From positions 1-38,297 of the forward strand of contig JANPLU010000023.1 of assembly GCA_031422435.1 (NCBI GenBank): a stretch of DNA of 38,297 nt. The letters are read 5' to 3'. The position numbers and the translations under genes were made by a program. Below, in pieces: positions 1 through 9,321 of this stretch (its first letter is position 1; each line of letters starts with the position of its first letter). The notes under the pieces were generated by a model. It ran no database searches and was not told the origin of the DNA. It saw nothing but the letters and a program-made list of their open reading frames with translations. Origin of the DNA: Acaryochloridaceae cyanobacterium VAR_48_metabat_390. Its GTDB lineage: Bacteria > Cyanobacteriota > Cyanobacteriia > Thermosynechococcales > Thermosynechococcaceae.

Positions 1-219
1 GAGGGTATAGAACGCTTTGAAGGTACGAAACCCTGAGCCATGAAAGGCAATGACGATGCTTGCTACTTCACTCAGGCTTAGTTTTGAACGATATTGTTTG
101 GCTTCTCCGTCGTAGGGCAGTTTGTGTAATGCTTCTCCAACGTGGTTTAAGACCTGATAAAAGTCGTCGATGTCGCAGAAGATTTGGGTCAGGTCAAGGC
201 GAGCTAGACTGTTATGCAT
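1..219 (-). CDS. IS982-family transposase, N-terminal fragment (73 codons, open to window edge; absent from ORF track)
   Basis: Manual translation from ATG 219: MHNSLARLDLTQIFCDIDDFYQVLNHVGEALHKLPYDGEAKQYRSKLSLSEVASIVIAFHGSGFRTFKAFYTL. The IFCDIDDF...LSLSEVxxIVIAFHxSGFRTFKxFY pattern is typical of IS982 transposase N-termini. Confidence 0.88.
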   Translation of the reverse strand, partial: MHNSLARLDLTQIFCDIDDFYQVLNHVGEALHKLPYDGEAKQYRSKLSLSEVASIVIAFHGSGFRTFKAFYTL

Positions 220-301
220 GGCTGAGACTGCTTAAACATCAATACTTTGAGCTTAAGACCTCAGCCTTTCTTTTGAGTATTTTTGTCCGTCGAACTCACG
301 T
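1..301 (-). mobile_element. IS982-family insertion sequence, left part (truncated by window edge)
   Basis: The minus strand begins ACGTGAGTTCGACGG at 301, an end motif I recall from cyanobacterial IS982-family elements. A transposase-like ORF follows about 80 bp later and runs off the window. The element ends 4 bp from the lnt stop. Confidence 0.85.
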
Positions 302-305
302 CTTT

Positions 306-1850
306 TTAAGAACGTTTAATTTTGATTCTCGTCCTTGCCCAAATTCCAACGCTCCACACCACCATCAGAGGCAACAGCCAATTCCCAAACCTGACGTAGA
401 GGGTCTGAGTGCGGCGCCGCTCAATTTCTGCAATATGGGTAGCACCTTCATTCACCACAGACTTCCACATCGTTTGCCCATGCGGATCAATTACCGCCGA
501 AAAACCCGTATTGGTGACGCGCACCAACCAGCGATCGCTCTCCACGGCGCGAATCACGTCTAGGGCGTGGTGCTGTGCCATCATGCGATCGCTGTAGGGG
601 TCATTGTTGGCAATGCTGAGGATAAACTGCCCGCCCGCCGCTGCCTGAGCGCGAAATATTTCTGAAAATACTGAGTCATAGCAAATCCCAACAATGGCTT
701 TACCATAGGGCGTCTCAAAACGCTGGTGAGAACTCCCTGGCACCATGCCCATTCGCATCGGTGAGAGCCGTCGCAGAATGGTCGCTAGCACTGATTCAAA
801 GGGTAAATATTCTCCGAGGGGCACCAGCTTTACTTTGTTGTACTGGCTTAAAATCTCGCCCTCTGTGCCAAGACTCAAAAGACTTTGGGTATAGCTCTCC
901 CCGTTGGGAACAAATGTCCCCACCCATAGCGGCACTTTTTCTTCTTTAACGGCCTTTAGGATGGGCTGCTCTCGACCAAAAGACTGCCCCCACAATAGCG
1001 GTAGTGCGCCCTCTGGCAACAGGACGGCGTCCACTTTTTGAGTCGTCAAGGCTTTGTAGCCTCGGCGATAGATATCAACGGATTGCTGAATCCCTGCTGG
1101 CGATAGCTTGAAGCGTGTGGGGATATTGCCCTGAACCATGCCGATGGAAAGACGCTCTGCTGGGCTGGTGATTAACGGCACCTGTGCTAAATGCCAGCCT
1201 AGTGCGTGGAGTGTAAGGGCTAGGGCGATCGCCACCCCAATCCCCTTCCCTTGTCGCCTTAACCAAGCCTCCGCCATAAAACCATTTACCAGCATTAAAG
1301 CCAACGTAATAGCGACAGGCCCTGTGAGTTGGCTCAAGTGCAGAATAGCAATGTTATGGGGGCTTTGGCTGTTGGCGAGATCTGTCCACCATAGAGGCGA
1401 CAGGCTCCAGAGCCACTCTAGAAAACACCACAGCGTTGCGCCCATGATGACCCGAGAGAACAGACCCAGCGTAGGGCTGAGCCAATGGATGCCAAATGCC
1501 CAAATCATCGGCAGACAGGCACCCCACAGCGTCACTGCTCCCCAGGCGAACGTCGCAATCATTAAGCTTGCTGCCCAAGGGATGCCCAACCAAGTCAGTG
1601 GATGCAGCCCAAAAATCCAGAATAGCGCCGCGCCGTGGTACCCAATGCCCCAACATGCCCCCAAAAAAGCCGCTTGTTTACGGGTTAGAGCAGTAACGGT
1701 CAAGCCCCAGAGCGGGGCGATCGCCCCCCAGGCTATCCACCAGGTTGATGCAGGGGCAAGGCTTAGTCCTAGCAGCATCCCCACCACTGCTAAAAGCCCT
1801 CCTTTGACCCAAAGGTGCCGAGGTGGAAGAAGCTGAAGCGCAGATAGCAT
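306..1850 (-). CDS. lnt: apolipoprotein N-acyltransferase
   Basis: Multi-TM N-terminal half followed by a nitrilase-fold domain with VQGNIP, PEGA, YNKVKLVPLGEYLP, ICYDS, RAVE and TNTGFSA motifs. ATG 1850 is preferred; the ORF is open to 1922. Confidence 0.93.
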   Translation of the reverse strand: MLSALQLLPPRHLWVKGGLLAVVGMLLGLSLAPASTWWIAWGAIAPLWGLTVTALTRKQAAFLGACWGIGYHGAALFWIFGLHPLTWLGIPWAASLMIATFAWGAVTLWGACLPMIWAFGIHWLSPTLGLFSRVIMGATLWCFLEWLWSLSPLWWTDLANSQSPHNIAILHLSQLTGPVAITLALMLVNGFMAEAWLRRQGKGIGVAIALALTLHALGWHLAQVPLITSPAERLSIGMVQGNIPTRFKLSPAGIQQSVDIYRRGYKALTTQKVDAVLLPEGALPLLWGQSFGREQPILKAVKEEKVPLWVGTFVPNGESYTQSLLSLGTEGEILSQYNKVKLVPLGEYLPFESVLATILRRLSPMRMGMVPGSSHQRFETPYGKAIVGICYDSVFSEIFRAQAAAGGQFILSIANNDPYSDRMMAQHHALDVIRAVESDRWLVRVTNTGFSAVIDPHGQTMWKSVVNEGATHIAEIERRRTQTLYVRFGNWLLPLMVVWSVGIWARTRIKIKRS

Positions 1851-2053
1851 TCTCTGCTGAACTCCACTTTTAGGATGGAGGAAAGGAATTCGTTTCGGCG
1901 ACTGTAAACGGATTTTCCACAAAGCTTTTGCCTGCCTTCAATGTATCGCGCTAACTAAATCATTGATTTGCATTGTATTCGCTCCTATAAACTGCTCATG
2001 AGAAAGCGGCGTAATTGCATCTAGATTGAGATTACGGCAGTCATCAAACAGCC

Positions 2054-4525
2054 TCAGAGAACGTCCCTCTCTCGCTTAACAGTGGCGCTTGTTTGTCCCA
2101 TTGAGGTGGATTTTAATTCAGCAAAGTCTGTCAGCACGCCAAAAATGAGCCAGATCGCCATCGGTCGCAGATACATACAGGCACGGAACGTCCCTGTTGC
2201 TGTAATCGCTTCAGGGGTGCGGAACTGAAGGCCATTGTCATAGATCTGCTGAACCACCGTTTCTGTTAGCTTAAAGGCTTCATCGCCCATGCCCATCTGG
2301 AGCAAAAAGGCCGCTAAGCCAAAGTTAATGCCCGTCCACACCTCAAGGGGATGAGTGGCATCCGGCTTTTCGGGGATGCCGCCAGGGCGCAGGCCATTGG
2401 CAGCGCCCAAGGTACCGTTGTTAAAGCTTAAAAAGCAGGTTTCGTAAACGGTTGTCAGCGTACTGCGAGTACAGTCCTCTGGCACCACATCCGGTAGAGA
2501 GAGCAGCCGCGCATAAAACTGACCGCAGAGCTGATCTGCCATTACGACATCTGACCCGCTGCCGCTGTCGAGACGGTAATACTGACCATTCCAGAGAGTC
2601 GCTTGGTATAAGGGGCGAGATTGACCTAGCCAGGTTTTGTAGGTGGTCATCTCATTGTCTACCTGCATACCCGTAGACTGAAGGACTTTCGCAATGGCGA
2701 TCGCCGCCTCAAGCGCCGCAATCCACAGCGCCCCACAGTAGGCACTAATGCCCTGAAGTCGCCAGTCATCAAAGGTCTGATCCGGTGCGCCAGAATTTTC
2801 GGGGATGCCGTCTCCGTCTTCATCAAAGGCTTTGAGATAGGCTAAAGCTGCTGTCACCGCAGGCCAGCACTCAGCCAAAAACTCCGTATCTTTACTGCCC
2901 GTGAGCAAGAAATTGCGGTAGACCAGCAGCACAAAGTCCGCAGGTAGATCTTTCCAAAGGTTGCAGTCTTGATAGCTGGTGTAGTTGGTTTTCTCCCACG
3001 GGTGTTCGTTGGGCGCACCTAAATCGTGGGGGGTCGCATTCAGGGCTTTGCGGAGCGCAAGGGGGCTTTCCACGCCAAGGGTATGGTAGTAGCCAATCAC
3101 GCGGGTGCGATCGTCGGCGGTGGGGATGGCTCTGGCAAAGGCTCGCATGACAGATTTGTCTAGCTCAGGCCACAGCATAAACAGCGCAAAGGAGCCGTAT
3201 AGCCGCACGTCTAAGCTCTCATACCAGCGGTAGTCTAAACACTCCAGTACTGCAAATTGACCGATGGGGTCGCGCTCATCACCAGCACTCCACAGCGCCC
3301 CGCCGCTGGTGAGATCGTACAGCTCGTTCATTAGTCCCATCTTGAAGCAGTCCGACAGGTCGGTACGGTCTAAAATCGGCTGCTGCCATGCCTGGATCTG
3401 GGTTTGCCAGTCTTGGTAGTGCTTGAGGCTGTGGCGCACCATTGACCAGGCGTTGTTGCCATTGCGTCCAAAAAAGTCGGTATAGCGACGGTAGTAGGGG
3501 ATGCCTTCCGCAAATTCGGTAATGGGAAAATCCCAGGCCACGACAAAGGGGATCTGCTGAGACTCGCCAGGGGCTAGGGTGATGCGAACGGCGATCGCCG
3601 CCCCAATTTGTTCCCCCGCCACCGCAGGCGTTTCATTGCCAATGTCTGTAAGAGAACCATCTTGAGCAAAGGTAGACCAGAGTTCGCTGCCGTCGCCAGC
3701 AGGGTTCCAGCGACTGTGGTAGAAGACCTCTTGTTTGTAGGGGGAGGCAAAAGTGGCGATCGCCCACTGTCCTTCTCCTTCTGCGACGGGCTGCTCTATG
3801 GACTGAGGGGTATGCCCTAAAATGCAACCAAACCGACCATGATCTTCAATGACCTGATTGAAGTTCCCTGCGCTTTCGCCAATGCGAGGCTGATACTCAT
3901 AGGCAGGGCTACCGTCGTCCCGCACTTCAACCACAGGGGATTTAAGGGCATTAGTAAACCAACCCACCATATTTTGCCAAGTCAGCAAAATGCTGAGGGT
4001 AATCGGTTCTGGGGTGGGGTTATAGAACGTCCAGGCGAAGACGGCGACGGGGTAGCTGGTGTCTTGATAGTTGTGGGGCAAAATGGGCGAAAACTGCTCA
4101 CAGGTAATCTGTGCCTGAAACACGTTTTCGTAAACAAACCAGCTTCGCGGGTAGAGCGCGTGGTAAGTGCCACCTGTTTCTAATGGGTACCACTGCCAGC
4201 TTTTGAGGGTGCCATCAGCAGCGGGTTCAGTAGAGAGGGCATAGGCTTGGGGGGTAGCGTCCCCAACCTGTTCAAAAACGCTGAACTGACAGGCAGGCAT
4301 GGTTTGAAACACATGTTCGCCGCCGTCAATGTGCCACAGGTTAAACTCCCCACGCGGGCTGCGCCCAAAGCAGCCAGCCCCAAAGCCACCCAGGGGTATT
4401 CCGTGCCAGGGGCCATCGTCTAGGTTGCTGGCGTAGCGGACGGTGTAGGGGTTGTCCCAGCCTTTACCAATCGGGCGATTCCAGGCGCAGGTGGGGATGT
4501 GGGGGGAAGGGTGCTGATTTGTCAT
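2054..4525 (-). CDS. GH116-family glycosyl hydrolase (non-lysosomal glucosylceramidase/beta-glucosidase-like)
   Basis: 823 aa with GIPLGGFGAG, LECLDYRWYESLDV, PHDLG, WKDL, PDQTFDDW, DQLCGQFY, EVWTG, FRTPEA and YLRPMAIW motifs of GBA2/GH116 enzymes. Confidence 0.9.
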   Translation of the reverse strand: MTNQHPSPHIPTCAWNRPIGKGWDNPYTVRYASNLDDGPWHGIPLGGFGAGCFGRSPRGEFNLWHIDGGEHVFQTMPACQFSVFEQVGDATPQAYALSTEPAADGTLKSWQWYPLETGGTYHALYPRSWFVYENVFQAQITCEQFSPILPHNYQDTSYPVAVFAWTFYNPTPEPITLSILLTWQNMVGWFTNALKSPVVEVRDDGSPAYEYQPRIGESAGNFNQVIEDHGRFGCILGHTPQSIEQPVAEGEGQWAIATFASPYKQEVFYHSRWNPAGDGSELWSTFAQDGSLTDIGNETPAVAGEQIGAAIAVRITLAPGESQQIPFVVAWDFPITEFAEGIPYYRRYTDFFGRNGNNAWSMVRHSLKHYQDWQTQIQAWQQPILDRTDLSDCFKMGLMNELYDLTSGGALWSAGDERDPIGQFAVLECLDYRWYESLDVRLYGSFALFMLWPELDKSVMRAFARAIPTADDRTRVIGYYHTLGVESPLALRKALNATPHDLGAPNEHPWEKTNYTSYQDCNLWKDLPADFVLLVYRNFLLTGSKDTEFLAECWPAVTAALAYLKAFDEDGDGIPENSGAPDQTFDDWRLQGISAYCGALWIAALEAAIAIAKVLQSTGMQVDNEMTTYKTWLGQSRPLYQATLWNGQYYRLDSGSGSDVVMADQLCGQFYARLLSLPDVVPEDCTRSTLTTVYETCFLSFNNGTLGAANGLRPGGIPEKPDATHPLEVWTGINFGLAAFLLQMGMGDEAFKLTETVVQQIYDNGLQFRTPEAITATGTFRACMYLRPMAIWLIFGVLTDFAELKSTSMGQTSATVKRERDVL

Positions 4526-4723
4526 TTCCCAATTTTAGGGGCTTTGTGGACTTTTATGAACCTACGCTTAAAAGGTTTTGGTTGCAAGAAAGTCTATCCA
4601 TCTCCTTTATCTCCTCCCATACGTACGCAAGTCTTAAATTCTCTATTCAGCACAGGTTTTAACGACGAACCCCACATCATTCGATTCGTACAAACTCAAG
4701 GGTGAAGAGCGCCAATCTTAAGG

Positions 4724-4759
4724 AAAAAAGCGCAGAAACAAATAGCTGTCTTTGCGCTT
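4724..4759 (-). terminator. putative intrinsic terminator of clpR-clpP
   Basis: Imperfect stem AAGCGCAGAAACA...TGTCTTTGCGCTT with an A-run on its left, which is a U-tail on the minus strand. It lies about 50 bp past the clpP stop. Confidence 0.55.
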
Positions 4760-4808
4760 CGTAGCTCACACATATGTTGAGCTTTTTAAATATTTAGGAG
4801 AGATGGAT

Positions 4809-5405
4809 TTAGAGCGATCGCTCAATCACATTGTCAATTAGCCCATACTCCTTAGCCTCTTGAGCAGACATAAAGTAATCGCGATCCGTATCTCGCTCAA
4901 TCTTTTCAACAGGCTGACCTGACCGCTCCGCCAAGATGTGGTTGAGAGAATCTCGGATCCGCAGAATTTCTCTCGCCTCAATATCAATATCTGACGCCTG
5001 CCGACGGCCTGTGCCACCCAACGGCTGGTGAATCATAATACGGGCATTCGGCAATGCTAATCGCTTACCCTTACTGCCAGACGCCAGCAAAAATGCACCC
5101 ATCGAAGCCGCTAAGCCCACGCAAATGGTTACAACCTCAGACTTAATGTGCTGCATGGTGTCATAAATTGCCATGCCTGCCGTGACCGAGCCACCAGGAG
5201 AGTTGATATAGATATAAATGGGCTTTGTCGGGTCATCAGAATCTAGATAAAGCATTGCGGCAATAATTGAATTTGCCAGCGAGTCCGTTACCTCTTGACC
5301 CAGAAAAATAATGCGCTCTTGATTGAGGCGCGTATAGATATCGATCCAGCGCTCATAGGTGCTGCCAGGGAGACGATAGGGAACGCTGGGTACACCAATT
5401 GGCAT
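4809..5405 (-). CDS. clpP: ATP-dependent Clp protease proteolytic subunit (cyanobacterial ClpP3 type)
   Basis: [15 protein letters not shown]-terminus, INSPGG, catalytic AASMG (Ser), IMIHQP (His) and DRD; paired with clpR. Confidence 0.96.
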   Translation of the reverse strand: MPIGVPSVPYRLPGSTYERWIDIYTRLNQERIIFLGQEVTDSLANSIIAAMLYLDSDDPTKPIYIYINSPGGSVTAGMAIYDTMQHIKSEVVTICVGLAASMGAFLLASGSKGKRLALPNARIMIHQPLGGTGRRQASDIDIEAREILRIRDSLNHILAERSGQPVEKIERDTDRDYFMSAQEAKEYGLIDNVIERSL

Positions 5406-5494
5406 GGCTGGAACTCCTTTAGGTTAGATATAAATCAATTGTGCTAATTAAATCAAGAGATGCCGCAAAAAGGCGGTTTGGCCGTTGTTTCGCC

Positions 5495-6199
5495 TTAAAT
5501 AATGCCAGCGCCAGCCGCTAAAACAGGCGGTATAGCCGCGTCTTTGGAGCTATTGAGGACAATATCAATCAGGCCGTACTCTTTCGCCTCTTGGGGCGTC
5601 AGATAAAACATGCGATCCATATCCTTGGCAATTTTCTCAGCCGTTTGCCCCGTATTGCGAGCCAGAATATTGAGCATCGAAGTCTTGTTAACCATTACTT
5701 CTTTTGCCCGAATCTGAATATCTGTCGCTTGGCCTTGCGCACCCGAACGCGCTTGATTTAGCACAATAGTGGCATGGGGTAGACTTGCCCTAAAACCTTT
5801 TGCCCCACTCGATAAAATCATGGCGGCTGTACCCATCGCCTGCCCTAGGCAAATGGTATGAACAGGGGGCTTAATGTACTGGAGCGTATCGCAAATGGCA
5901 AAGGCTTCCGTTTCAAAACCCACGGCATCCCCGTCATACCAAGAGGTTCCGGTGGAGTTGATGTAAAACCGGATGGGTTTGTCGGGGTCATCAAACTGAA
6001 GGTAGAGCAGCTGAGCAATAATTAGCTCCGTGACATCCATGCCCACTCTGCGCTTCACGTCGTCAGAAGAAAACAGCGGTAGCCCAAGGTAAACAATTCG
6101 CTCTTTGAGCAAAAGAGAGGGAAGGTCGGGGGGTGGGGTTCTTCCAGAAAATGAGTCCCCGCCATAGGGGGCTTGAACAGCCTGAATTGGTGATTCCAT
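5495..6199 (-). CDS. clpR: Clp protease non-proteolytic subunit ClpR
   Basis: ClpP fold with PPPDLPSLLLKERIVYLG. The catalytic Ser and His are replaced (AMGTA; IVLNQ). Directly upstream of clpP, as in the conserved cyanobacterial clpR-clpP3 pair. Confidence 0.92.
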   Translation of the reverse strand: MESPIQAVQAPYGGDSFSGRTPPPDLPSLLLKERIVYLGLPLFSSDDVKRRVGMDVTELIIAQLLYLQFDDPDKPIRFYINSTGTSWYDGDAVGFETEAFAICDTLQYIKPPVHTICLGQAMGTAAMILSSGAKGFRASLPHATIVLNQARSGAQGQATDIQIRAKEVMVNKTSMLNILARNTGQTAEKIAKDMDRMFYLTPQEAKEYGLIDIVLNSSKDAAIPPVLAAGAGII

Positions 6200-6392
6200 G
6201 ACGTGCGACTGCCTGAGATTGGTATTGCTGCTGACACTACTCTAGCAATTTTCTGGGTCGGATACTCTGGCACAATGGATATTAGAGTTGCTTTCAGTCG
6301 GGTTTCAGCCCTTGACGATAAATCGTAAGCAGTCGTTTAGGATTGTGAATTAAATAACTTAGAGGACTGGTCAAAGACCTTACACCTTGCAT

Positions 6393-6482
6393 GCCCTCAT
6401 CCCATAACCCTTTTCCCTAGAGAGAGAGGGAAAAAGTCTCATCTCCCGTCTCTCTAGGAAGAGGGTTGGGGTAAGGGCAAAA
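6393..6482. repeat. palindromic dispersed repeat, copy 1 (pyrimidine-rich 5' arm, purine-rich 3' arm; BoxC-like)
   Basis: GCCCTCATCCCATAACCCTTTTCCC...GAGGGTTGGGGTAAGGGCAAAA, with an outer inverted repeat and internal hairpins. Clearly similar to 10914-11006. Confidence 0.8.
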
Positions 6483-6509
6483 TTTTAATCAATCGCGTTG
6501 AGATCCGTC

Positions 6510-7088
6510 ATGGCATATTTTTGGTTTAAGGCGTTTCATATCATTGGCGTTGTTGTCTGGTTTGCGGGTCTCTTTTACCTCGTGCGGCTGTTTATTTACC
6601 ACGTAGAGGCCAATGACGAGCCAGAACCTGCACAATCTATTCTTAAGAAGCAGTACGGACTGATGGAGAAGCGACTGCTCAATATCATTACCACCCCTGG
6701 GATGCTGGTGACGGTGGTTTGTGCGGTCGGGCTACTCGTGGGTCAGCCGGATTGGCTCAAGCAGGGTTGGCTCCATGCGAAGCTGGCCTTTGTGCTGCTG
6801 CTATTGGGTTATCACTACTACTGCACGCGACTGGTAAAGCAGCTTGAGGCCGGCACCTGCCGCTGGAGCGGTCAGCAGCTACGGGGGCTAAATGAAGCGC
6901 CGACGGTACTGCTGGTGGTAATTGTGCTGTTGGTGGTTTTTAAGGGTAACTTCCCGACAGACATTACGGTATGGGTCATCTTTGGGATGGTCGTGACGAT
7001 GGTCGCAACCATTCAGCTTTATGCGCGGAAACGCAGACTAGATAAAGAAAAACTTCTGGCAGAAAGCGTGACTGAACCTTCGGCATAA
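6510..7088 (+). CDS. hemJ: protoporphyrinogen oxidase HemJ
   Basis: WFKAFHIIGVVVWFAGLFYLVRLFIYH, MEKRL, WLHAKL and NEAPT motifs. ATG 6510 is preferred over TTG 6498. Confidence 0.95.
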   Translation: MAYFWFKAFHIIGVVVWFAGLFYLVRLFIYHVEANDEPEPAQSILKKQYGLMEKRLLNIITTPGMLVTVVCAVGLLVGQPDWLKQGWLHAKLAFVLLLLGYHYYCTRLVKQLEAGTCRWSGQQLRGLNEAPTVLLVVIVLLVVFKGNFPTDITVWVIFGMVVTMVATIQLYARKRRLDKEKLLAESVTEPSA

Positions 7089-7092
7089 CCCC

Positions 7093-8424
7093 ATGTTTCA
7101 AGCCACTCGACAACGTTTAGCCCTTTGGTATACCGCCGTGACAGCGGCTTTGCTGATTTTATTTGCCAGTGGGTTTTATTGGTACGTGCGCGAAACGCTG
7201 ATTGAGCGGGTAGACGACACGCTTCATCATGTGGTGGAGGTGGTGGGGCGATCGCTCGTCTTAGAGCAAGCCCTTGGCGCTGACCGTCAACTGCACTATC
7301 AGGTCAACATAGATGCCAGCTTTCGCAACAACGCTGAGGCCGTAGACGATGACCGGATTGAGTTGGAGTGGTTTAGCCCTCACCGCGATCCGGTGTGGTC
7401 TACGCTTTCAGAACCGTTGGCTTTTCCCCTACACGTGCTTCAGAATGGCGAAACGGTTAGAATCCGGCCTGATTATGTGCTGCGACAGCTTACCCAGCGC
7501 CTAGAGTATCGCGGCGATATTCTGGGCTATTTGCGAGTCAGCCATCCTTGGTTTGAAGTCGCAAAGCCCACCCGCGAGCTGTTTGTCGATTTAGCGGCAG
7601 GGCTAACGGTCATGATTGGTTTTGTCGCAGCGGTCGGCTGGTTTTTATCTCGTCTTGCCATTCAGCCCCTGCAAGAGTCTTATCAGTATCTGCGGCAGTT
7701 TACCGCCGATGCCTCCCACGAACTGCGTAACCCGCTCGCGCTGATCCAGACAACGGTGCAGGTTGCCCTCAGTGACCCAGATATTACGCCCAAAGAACAG
7801 CGACAGCAGCTAGAGGTAGTAGAGCGTCTAACCCAGCGCCTAGGACACTTAGTCAACGACCTATTGTTTCTGGCGCGACAAGATAGCGGCATGATACAGC
7901 CACAGCTTCAGCCCTGCCCCTTAGATGCGCTGCTGATGGCGGTGGTAGAAGAGCAGTCCGCCACGGCAGCAGCCCAGAATATTCGGCTAACGCTAGACTT
8001 TGGCGAAGCTGAGCTGGAGCCAGAAAACGGCATTGAACCCTTTACGCTCCTGGGAGACTACGATCAGTTGGCGCGACTTTTTTCTAATTTAGTGAGCAAT
8101 GGGTTACAGCACACTCCTGCTGGTGGATCGGTAGAGCTTAAGCTAGAACAGACAAACCGACAGCTCCAGGTTTTGATTAAAGATACAGGCACAGGCATCC
8201 CTGAACAGGCATTGCCCCATGTGTTTGAGCGGTTTTATCGGGTAGACCCTGCCCGTCCACGAACCAATGTACCAGCACCTGCGTCTAATTCAGGGACAGG
8301 TTTAGGGTTGGCGATCGCTAAGGCCATCTGCGAAACCCATCACGGTCAAATTCGCGTCGAAAGTAAGCTGGGACAGGGCACCACGTTTAGGGTTATTTTG
8401 CCGCAATTTGAATTTAAAGCATAA
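7093..8424 (+). CDS. membrane-bound sensor histidine kinase (possibly ManS/Hik27-like)
   Basis: Two TM segments, H-box FTADASHELRNPL, N-box NLVSNG, and DTGTGI, FERFYR and GTGLGLAI motifs. No response regulator gene is adjacent. The ManS resemblance is from memory only. Confidence 0.9.
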   Translation: MFQATRQRLALWYTAVTAALLILFASGFYWYVRETLIERVDDTLHHVVEVVGRSLVLEQALGADRQLHYQVNIDASFRNNAEAVDDDRIELEWFSPHRDPVWSTLSEPLAFPLHVLQNGETVRIRPDYVLRQLTQRLEYRGDILGYLRVSHPWFEVAKPTRELFVDLAAGLTVMIGFVAAVGWFLSRLAIQPLQESYQYLRQFTADASHELRNPLALIQTTVQVALSDPDITPKEQRQQLEVVERLTQRLGHLVNDLLFLARQDSGMIQPQLQPCPLDALLMAVVEEQSATAAAQNIRLTLDFGEAELEPENGIEPFTLLGDYDQLARLFSNLVSNGLQHTPAGGSVELKLEQTNRQLQVLIKDTGTGIPEQALPHVFERFYRVDPARPRTNVPAPASNSGTGLGLAIAKAICETHHGQIRVESKLGQGTTFRVILPQFEFKA

Positions 8425-8462
8425 ATTAAATGGATAGAAAATCGAAGGGAGCTAGCGATTGT

Positions 8463-9299
8463 ATGCGTCAGTCTATTATTTCGCTATTGATGATTGGCGG
8501 CACCTTAAGCCTTAGCAGTTTGCCAGCCCCAGCCCAGGTCAATTCACCTAATCCTGTCGGGAATGGTGCTACCTCGGTAGGCTCTACGGATATTTACTTT
8601 ATCAACCGCGCTAAAAATTTAGCGCGACAGGCTGCCATTACAGCCAATGGTGGCCTAGAGCGCTATCGTCCCGACCCAGCAATGTTTGGTCCTGCTATCC
8701 AAACCCAGTACACCCGAAACGGCGACGGCAGTATTACCTTTTCCTTTGGAGGGGGCGCTCCAGGTCTAACGACCCATAGCCTTGAAACCATCGCCACTGT
8801 TTCAACAAGTGGCTCGGTCAAACTAGACTACAACGGCCCCCTTCGCAATATTGGCGCTGGCTCCTTACCCATTACAAACCAGGTGCTTCCGGGTCAAAGT
8901 CCTGCCATTTCTCCCAGTTTTTCACCAGTCTTTCCCAAGTTACCCACTTCAAATTCAACAGCGATTACGCCAACGATGGTGCAAGGGAGGGTAAATGGAG
9001 CCGCACCCAGCGATCGCCCTTTGATGGGCTGGGTTGATGAAGATGCCTTTTTCTCAAAAGCGCGAAACTTAGCGCGACAGGCTGCCATCAAAGCCAATGG
9101 CGGGCTATCCCGCTATCGTCCAGAAACCGCGATGTTTGGTCCGTCTGCCCAAACCCCAGCCGTCAAAAATGCCAATGGCAGCATTACGTTTTCCTTTAAA
9201 GGCGGCGCACCTGGCACCCCTACACTAACCACAGAATCAGTAATAACGGTAAATCTAACGGGCAACGTCAACCTTGAATACAACGGCCCAGCTCGGTAG
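8463..9299 (+). CDS. putative secreted hypothetical protein with two tandem copies of an ~80-aa domain
   Basis: Signal-peptide-like N-terminus (…SLPAPA|Q). AKNLARQAA…ANGGL.RYRP…MFGP…SITFSF.GGAPG…YNGP occurs twice, separated by a Pro/Ser/Thr linker. The ORF is open from 8430. Confidence 0.85.
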   Translation: MRQSIISLLMIGGTLSLSSLPAPAQVNSPNPVGNGATSVGSTDIYFINRAKNLARQAAITANGGLERYRPDPAMFGPAIQTQYTRNGDGSITFSFGGGAPGLTTHSLETIATVSTSGSVKLDYNGPLRNIGAGSLPITNQVLPGQSPAISPSFSPVFPKLPTSNSTAITPTMVQGRVNGAAPSDRPLMGWVDEDAFFSKARNLARQAAIKANGGLSRYRPETAMFGPSAQTPAVKNANGSITFSFKGGAPGTPTLTTESVITVNLTGNVNLEYNGPAR

Positions 9300-9321
9300 G
9301 GTACTTTCTCAACGTCAAACT

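Noticed and set aside
60..563. 167-aa + strand ORF
   Set aside because: Antisense shadow of the IS982 transposase and the lnt 3' end; no recognisable motifs.
1138..1836. 232-aa + strand ORF and the many other 60-130-aa ORFs overlapping called genes
   Set aside because: Antisense or out-of-frame shadows of well-supported genes, with no motifs of their own.
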